In this document: one piece after another, positions 59,254 to 64,000 of the stretch
Position numbering within the stretch: the stretch's first letter is position 1
Layout: every line of letters starts with the position of its first letter
DNA from: Candidatus Wildermuthbacteria bacterium
GTDB lineage: Bacteria; Patescibacteriota; Minisyncoccia; Minisyncoccales; CAVTZN01
DNA: 64,000 nt
Assembly: GCA_963739285.1 (NCBI GenBank)
Contig: CAVTZN010000002.1
Location: forward strand, 1,134-65,133
Direction: 5' to 3'
Made by a program: the position numbers and the translations under genes
The notes under the pieces: generated by a model
Told to the model about the DNA's origin: nothing
Database searches by the model: none
The model's input: the letters and a program-made list of their open reading frames with translations, nothing else

Positions 59254-59766
59254 ATGACTGGATTTTTGAATCCAAACGAAGTTCTGAATCAATTAGAGAT
59301 AAAAGAAGGGATGGTCGCTGCTGATTTTGGTTCGGGTTCCGGTGGCTGGGCAATCCCTTTGGCCAAAAGATTAAAAAACGGTAAGGTCTATGCTCTAGAT
59401 GTCCAAGAAGAGATGCTCTCGGCTTTGAGAGGGAAGGCAGAGATTGAAAATATTTTTAATATTGAGACAAAAAAAGCTGATGTAGGAGAAAACACTGGGC
59501 TCAAGCCAGATTCCCTGGATTTGGTTCTGCTGACTAATCTTTTATTTCAAAATGAAAACAAAGAGAAAATTATTTTGGAGGCAGGGAGAACTTTAAAACC
59601 TGGCGGGCAAATTTTGGTAGTTGATTGGCTGGAAGGGTCGCCCCTGGGGCCGACTGGCGGCCGGGTTTCAGCCGAAGAAGTAAAAAAAATAGCCCAAGGA
59701 GGCCGGCTTAAAAATCCAAAAAGAATTTCCGGCCAGTACTTTCCATTGGGGCTTGATTTTCTCTAA
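59254..59766 (+). CDS. class I SAM-dependent methyltransferase
   Basis: VADFGSGSGGWAIPLA (motif I). Confidence 0.7.
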   Translation: MTGFLNPNEVLNQLEIKEGMVAADFGSGSGGWAIPLAKRLKNGKVYALDVQEEMLSALRGKAEIENIFNIETKKADVGENTGLKPDSLDLVLLTNLLFQNENKEKIILEAGRTLKPGGQILVVDWLEGSPLGPTGGRVSAEEVKKIAQGGRLKNPKRISGQYFPLGLDFL

Positions 59767-59789
59767 ATAATGATATATTCTAAGATAAA

Positions 59790-60207
59790 ATGAGAAAGAA
59801 ATTTATTCCAATTTTTTTAATCGGAATTCTGAGCTTAGCTTTCTGTTTTTTAATTACTGATATGGTTTTGGCTGATGGAGATCTCCGACACCGACGAAGC
59901 TTCTGGCTCAGGAACGTTTCGATCCCCAATCCCTTAGGCGTCAATTCTTTTGAAGAGTTAATCGGAAAAATTATTGATTTCATTCGTTGATGTTGGCATA
60001 ATCATTGCTCCCATTTTCCTCATTTTTGCCGGTTTTTTATTTATGACTGCCGGAGGAGATCCTGCTAAACTCCAGACGGCCAAAAATCTTATTTTATGGA
60101 CATTGATTGGTTTAGGTATTTTGTTGATTGGTAGCGGATTAATATCTATATTAAGAGAAATTCTTGGAGAAAAAGAAACAACATTTTTATTGCCGATGTG
60201 TGTATAA
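59790..60207 (+). CDS. T4SS-pilin-like (TrbC/VirB2-like) small membrane protein, paralog 1 (frameshift near 59985)
   Basis: Signal peptide, then IFAGFLFMTAGGDPAKLQTAKNLILWTLIGLGILL. Confidence 0.5.
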
Positions 60208-60257
60208 AAATTAAAGGTCGAAATAATTCGCATAACGTAAAAGTATCACAGAATTTT

Positions 60258-60610
60258 ATGAAAAAATTATTTGCCTTAAGCATTCTTTCAATTTTAGCCT
60301 TTACTCCTATTTTAGCTCTGGCGCTGGAGACACTGATACGGGCTTAGCAGTGCCCACACAATACACGAGCTTTGGAGATATTTTGGAGATAATTAATACT
60401 ATTACCAATTACATTTTCACTGCCTTAATCGTGTTTGCCGTAATTATGGTTATTATAGCTGGTTTCGGTTTCCTGACAGCCGGCGGCGACCCATTGAAAG
60501 CCGGGACAGCCAGGACCCAGTTGCTTTATGCTCTAATAGCTATTGCCGTAGGAGCTCTGGCCAAAGGATTAATTTATATGGTAGCCAAGTTGATGGGAAC
60601 TAGCATTTAA
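60258..60610 (+). CDS. T4SS-pilin-like small membrane protein, paralog 2 (frameshift near 60330)
   Basis: MKKLFALSILSILAFTPILA, then IIAGFGFLTAGGDPLKAGTARTQLLYALIAIAVGAL. Confidence 0.5.
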
Positions 60611-60623
60611 GAAGTTTTTAAAA

Positions 60624-60976
60624 ATGAAAAAAATAATAATTTTAACAGCTTTTTTGGCGTTAGTCACTTTCCCAACGATTATTTTATCTGCTGAATCCTG
60701 ACGGAACGACTGAAAGTCGAAGGGGGAATTTCCACTGTGGCAGGGCTTTTTGACGTGGTAGAAAAGGTAATAAACTATTTTTTCACTGCTTTGATAGTTT
60801 TGGCTGTAATTTTTATCATTTTGGCCGGTTTCAGTTTTCTGACAGCCTCTGGTGATCCGGCAAAACTTAATAAAGCTAAAAATCAACTTTTTTGGGCTTT
60901 GGTGGCAGTGGCTATCGGGGCTTTATCCAAAGGAATGGTCATGGCGGTGGCTAAAATTTTCGGGGTAGAAATATAA
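60624..60976 (+). CDS. T4SS-pilin-like small membrane protein, paralog 3 (frameshift near 60700)
   Basis: MKKIIILTAFLALVTFPTIILSA, then ILAGFSFLTASGDPAKLNKAKNQLFWALVAVAIGAL. Confidence 0.5.
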
Positions 60977-61119
60977 ACATTTAGAATTTGACATTTTTAA
61001 GTTACTCAATCACAATATAATGTGATTGAGTATTGTTTTTAGCCATTTGCCCTCGTGGCGGAACCCCGCACTAGAACAAAGTTCAGTACGGAGCAGGCTG
61101 GAAGACGTACCCCTTTTTT

Positions 61120-61200
61120 GTCGGAGTGGCGAAATGGAAGACGCGCAGGGCTTAGGACCCAGTGGGGCAACCCGTGAGAGTTCGACTCTCTCCTCCGACA
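61120..61200 (+). tRNA. tRNA-Leu(UAG)
   Basis: GTCGGAG/CTCCGAC acceptor, loop CTTAGGA (one A:A mismatch in the stem), long variable arm, T loop TTCGACT. Confidence 0.75.
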
Positions 61201-61273
61201 CATTTTAACAGGTTCGTCTGCCCGTAGAATCCCGAAGGGATTTATGCGGGGAATCCTGCCAGAGGCACAAAAA

Positions 61274-61298
61274 CCCCGCCGCGTCAGACGCGGCGGGG
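61274..61298. terminator. bidirectional GC-rich hairpin
   Basis: CCCCGCCGCG-TCAGA-CGCGGCGGGG flanked by A- and T-runs. It has the same loop as the hairpin at 25358. Confidence 0.7.
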
Positions 61299-61342
61299 TT
61301 TATTTAGAAATTAGGTTATTTAGAAATTAAAAATTCTAGATA

Positions 61343-61849
61343 TTATTCTTTCACCAGTATTTTCCTTTTTTTCTCTTTGTCAATTTTCGGTATTTTAATA
61401 GTTAAAATCCCTTCTTTCATTGAAGCTTCAGTTCTTGAACCATCAACCTCGGCAGGCAAAATCACCTGCCTGGAAAATGAACCCCAATAGCATTCTTGAT
61501 AGAAATAATCTTTAGGGAGGGAGGCTTCATCTACTGGTCTCTCCCGATTTCCCTTTATCATGACTACATCGTTTTCAATCACAATATCTAAATTTTCGAC
61601 ACTCACCCCGGCGATGGCTGATTGAATGAAAATCTCTCCGTCGGTTTGGAAAACATCAATGGCCAGTTGTCCTTCTGGCTCAAACCATTCTTTCTTGCCC
61701 TCAGTAGCCTTAGCGGAGATAGGTTTCTTTTCCTCTTCTTCAGTCGGAGCAATTCTCTCAATTTTTCTTTCCCGTTTTCTCGTCGGTTTTTCGGTTTCAA
61801 CTTCGTCCTCAATGCCCACGCCTTTTTTAAGTTTCTCAAAAAACCCCAT
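61343..61849 (-). CDS. Hsp20/alpha-crystallin small heat-shock protein
   Basis: LAIDVFQTDGEIFIQSAIAGV ... GSFSRQVILPAEVD ... ASMKEGILTIKIPK. Confidence 0.85.
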   Translation of the reverse strand: MGFFEKLKKGVGIEDEVETEKPTRKRERKIERIAPTEEEEKKPISAKATEGKKEWFEPEGQLAIDVFQTDGEIFIQSAIAGVSVENLDIVIENDVVMIKGNRERPVDEASLPKDYFYQECYWGSFSRQVILPAEVDGSRTEASMKEGILTIKIPKIDKEKKRKILVKE

Positions 61850-61850
61850 A

Positions 61851-62576
61851 TTATTTTATTTTGCAAACGCTAGTTAATTTCTTCAACCTTTTAAATCCTA
61901 GAGAAACAAAGATGGCCAAGCCGATCAAAATAATTATAGGCAGCAAAAATCTCATGCTTCCCTCTATCTTCATTATAGAGAAATTATAGAGGCCGTGCAA
62001 GAAAATAGCTAGCAGGAAGCCAAAGGTCAATAATTTTAGTTTTTCAGCGCTTTTACGGAAAGAAATGGCCAGGAAATACCCTAAAGTGGCTGAAGAAAGG
62101 GCATGTAAAAAAGTCGCGCCCACAAAACGGAAAGAACTGATGGTTAAAGTTTCAAAAAATTGAAACTGCAGAGAGCCCCCGGAAATTGGAGACAAAATCA
62201 AAATATTTTCAACCGCCCCAAAGCCCAGAGCAGCAATTATCATGTAGAGCATGGTATCAACCGGCTCATCAAATTCAGGGTGGTCTAAAACTTTTACCTT
62301 AACTACTAAATATTTTGAGACCTCTTCAACCAGAGCCACTAATAAAAAGATACTTAAAATTGAAAATAAAATTGGAGGCAGGCTTAAATTTTGAAGGAGC
62401 CGAAAGCCCCCGGCTTCAATCAGGGCGGCCGGGATAGCTACTAGCATTCCGAGAAGGAAGACAATCAAAATCATCCGGTTTGATTCAGGGTGAGAATCTT
62501 TTCGGAGAAAAAACAAAAGCCAGACAATGCTCGGAGCAAGGGCGAAAAGAATACAAAGAGAATAAGTTAACACCAT
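61851..62576 (-). CDS. PrsW-family intramembrane metalloprotease
   Basis: Multi-TM protein with EEVSKY and FLHALSSATLGY motifs. Confidence 0.7.
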   Translation of the reverse strand: MVLTYSLCILFALAPSIVWLLFFLRKDSHPESNRMILIVFLLGMLVAIPAALIEAGGFRLLQNLSLPPILFSILSIFLLVALVEEVSKYLVVKVKVLDHPEFDEPVDTMLYMIIAALGFGAVENILILSPISGGSLQFQFFETLTISSFRFVGATFLHALSSATLGYFLAISFRKSAEKLKLLTFGFLLAIFLHGLYNFSIMKIEGSMRFLLPIIILIGLAIFVSLGFKRLKKLTSVCKIK

Positions 62577-62579
62577 TTT

Positions 62580-64000
62580 TTATTTAGGCCAGTCTTCGAC
62601 CATTAAACACCTTTTTTTATTTTTCAATGGTAATTTCTGATAAATTTCTTCAGTAATAAAAGGAAGGAAGGGATGAAAAAGTTTTAAAGAGGTTAATAAT
62701 ATATAAAGAAGATTTCTTTTTGTTTTTTCATCATTTCGCTTCTTCGTTTCTTCTATATAGTGGTCGCAAAAATCATGCCAAAAAAAATTGTAAAGGAGTT
62801 GAGCTGCATGGCCGAACCTGAATTTCTCCAAATCATTTCCAACAGATTTAATAATCTTGTTTAATTTATTCAAGTATTTTTTTATCAGCCCCTGTTAAAT
62901 TTTTTTTCTCTACCTTGCTAATTTGGGAAGGGTTTTGCATCAAAACAAATCTCGAAGCATTCCAGATTTTATTGCAAAGTTTACGACCCATGATCATTGT
63001 TTCTTCTGAGAAACGAATGTCCTGTAGGCCTGTAATTTGCCACGCTATTCCAAAACGGGTGGCATCAGCGCCGTATTTTTCAATCAATTGGAGCGGGTCA
63101 ATGCCGGTGCCCAAAGACTTTGACATTCTTTTTCCCTCTTTCGTCAGCACCGTAGCGTGAATATAAACATCCTTAAATGGGGGTTTTCCCTATAAATTCC
63201 ATTCCCGAAAAAATCATCCTGGCTACCCAGAGATTAATAATTCCCCGGTCGGTTGATAGAACATTCGTTGGATAAAATCTTTTTAAATCTTTTGTTTTTT
63301 GGGGCCAGCCAAGAGTAGCCAAAGGCCAAAGAGCTGCAGAAAACCAAGTATCCAAGACATCAGTTTCTCCTTCAATCGGAATTTTATGACCCCACCAAAG
63401 TTGGCGAGAGATACACCAGTCCTTGATATTATTTAACCAATCAAAATAAACTTTTTCCCAACGCTTAGGATAAAATTTTACTTTCCTGTTTTTGACCTGG
63501 GCTTTGGCCATTCTCGCTCCTCCATTTTTAAAAACCATTGTTCGGAGGGGATAAACTCGATAGTGGTTTTGCAACGGTCGCAATGAGGAACCTGATGAGT
63601 ATAAGGTTCAATTTTTTCTAATAATCCCAGATTTTTTAAATCTTCAATAACCTTCTGGCGGGCTTCCCTGACATTAAGAGTTCGGTAAGGCGGGGGAGCT
63701 TCTTGAGTGATTCTTCCATTTTCATCAATAACTTGAATAATTTCTAAATTGTGTTTCAAGCCAATTTCATAGTCAGTTAAATCGTGGGCCGGAGTAACCT
63801 TGACTGCTCCAGTACCAAATTGTGGGTCGACTAATCGGTCGCTGATAATCGGAATTTCTCTGTTTACCAGAGGTAGAATAACTTTCTGGCCAATTAAATT
63901 TTTATAACGCTTATCACTCGGATTAACAGCCACGGCCGTATCTCCCAGCATTGTCTCTGGTCTCGTCGTCGCCACGACAATAGAGTTTTTAGTTTGGGAT
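62580..64000 (-). CDS. valS: valyl-tRNA synthetase, C-terminal two-thirds (at least 3 frameshifts); continues past the window end
   Basis: [42 protein letters not shown], and an anticodon-binding/coiled-coil tail. Confidence 0.85.

Noticed and set aside
61031-61119. A possible small structured RNA upstream of tRNA-Leu(UAG). I also looked for SRP RNA, RNase P RNA, tmRNA and riboswitches elsewhere.
   Set aside because: I recognised no conserved signature such as the RNase P GAGGAAAGTCC motif, the SRP GGAA tetraloop helix 8, or a tmRNA tag ORF. The 10-bp palindrome CTCAATCACA...TGTGATTGAG at about 61007-61032 is more simply a terminator for the preceding gene.

Overview
This is a 64-kb window with two parts. 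By eye, positions 1-3246 are near 50% GC, have strong AAGGAGG ribosome-binding sites, and end in a truncated truB. The rest is AT-rich, roughly 35-40% GC by eye. Its gene content is typical of a CPR/Patescibacteria (Parcubacteria-like) genome: rpsO-pnp, nusA, infB-rbfA, tig-clpP, ftsH, gyrA, valS, rny, cca, a membrane pyrophosphatase, a type IV pilus operon (pilB, pilC, pseudopilins, pilMNO), T4SS-pilin-like small membrane proteins, LAGLIDADG endonucleases, and at least 21 hand-folded tRNA genes plus several tRNA fragments. I recognised no rRNA, CRISPR array, transposase or integrase.

The two most unusual regions are:
1. At 19.8-25.3 kb, a radical-SAM/SPASM + YcaO + SagB-dehydrogenase cluster sits immediately upstream of a 167-aa Gly/Ser/Cys/Ala repeat ORF. 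This looks like a microcin-B17-like azole RiPP locus with an atypical, very long, membrane-anchored candidate precursor.
2. At 51.56-51.88 kb, a tRNA locus contains a perfect tRNA-Ile(UAU) cloverleaf split in its anticodon loop by a 141-nt insert. The insert itself carries a second complete tRNA(UAU).

Caveat: more than 30 genes, including essential ones, are broken by frameshifts. The sequence is therefore almost certainly indel-rich, and pseudogene calls are unsafe. All coordinates of split genes span the joined fragments.
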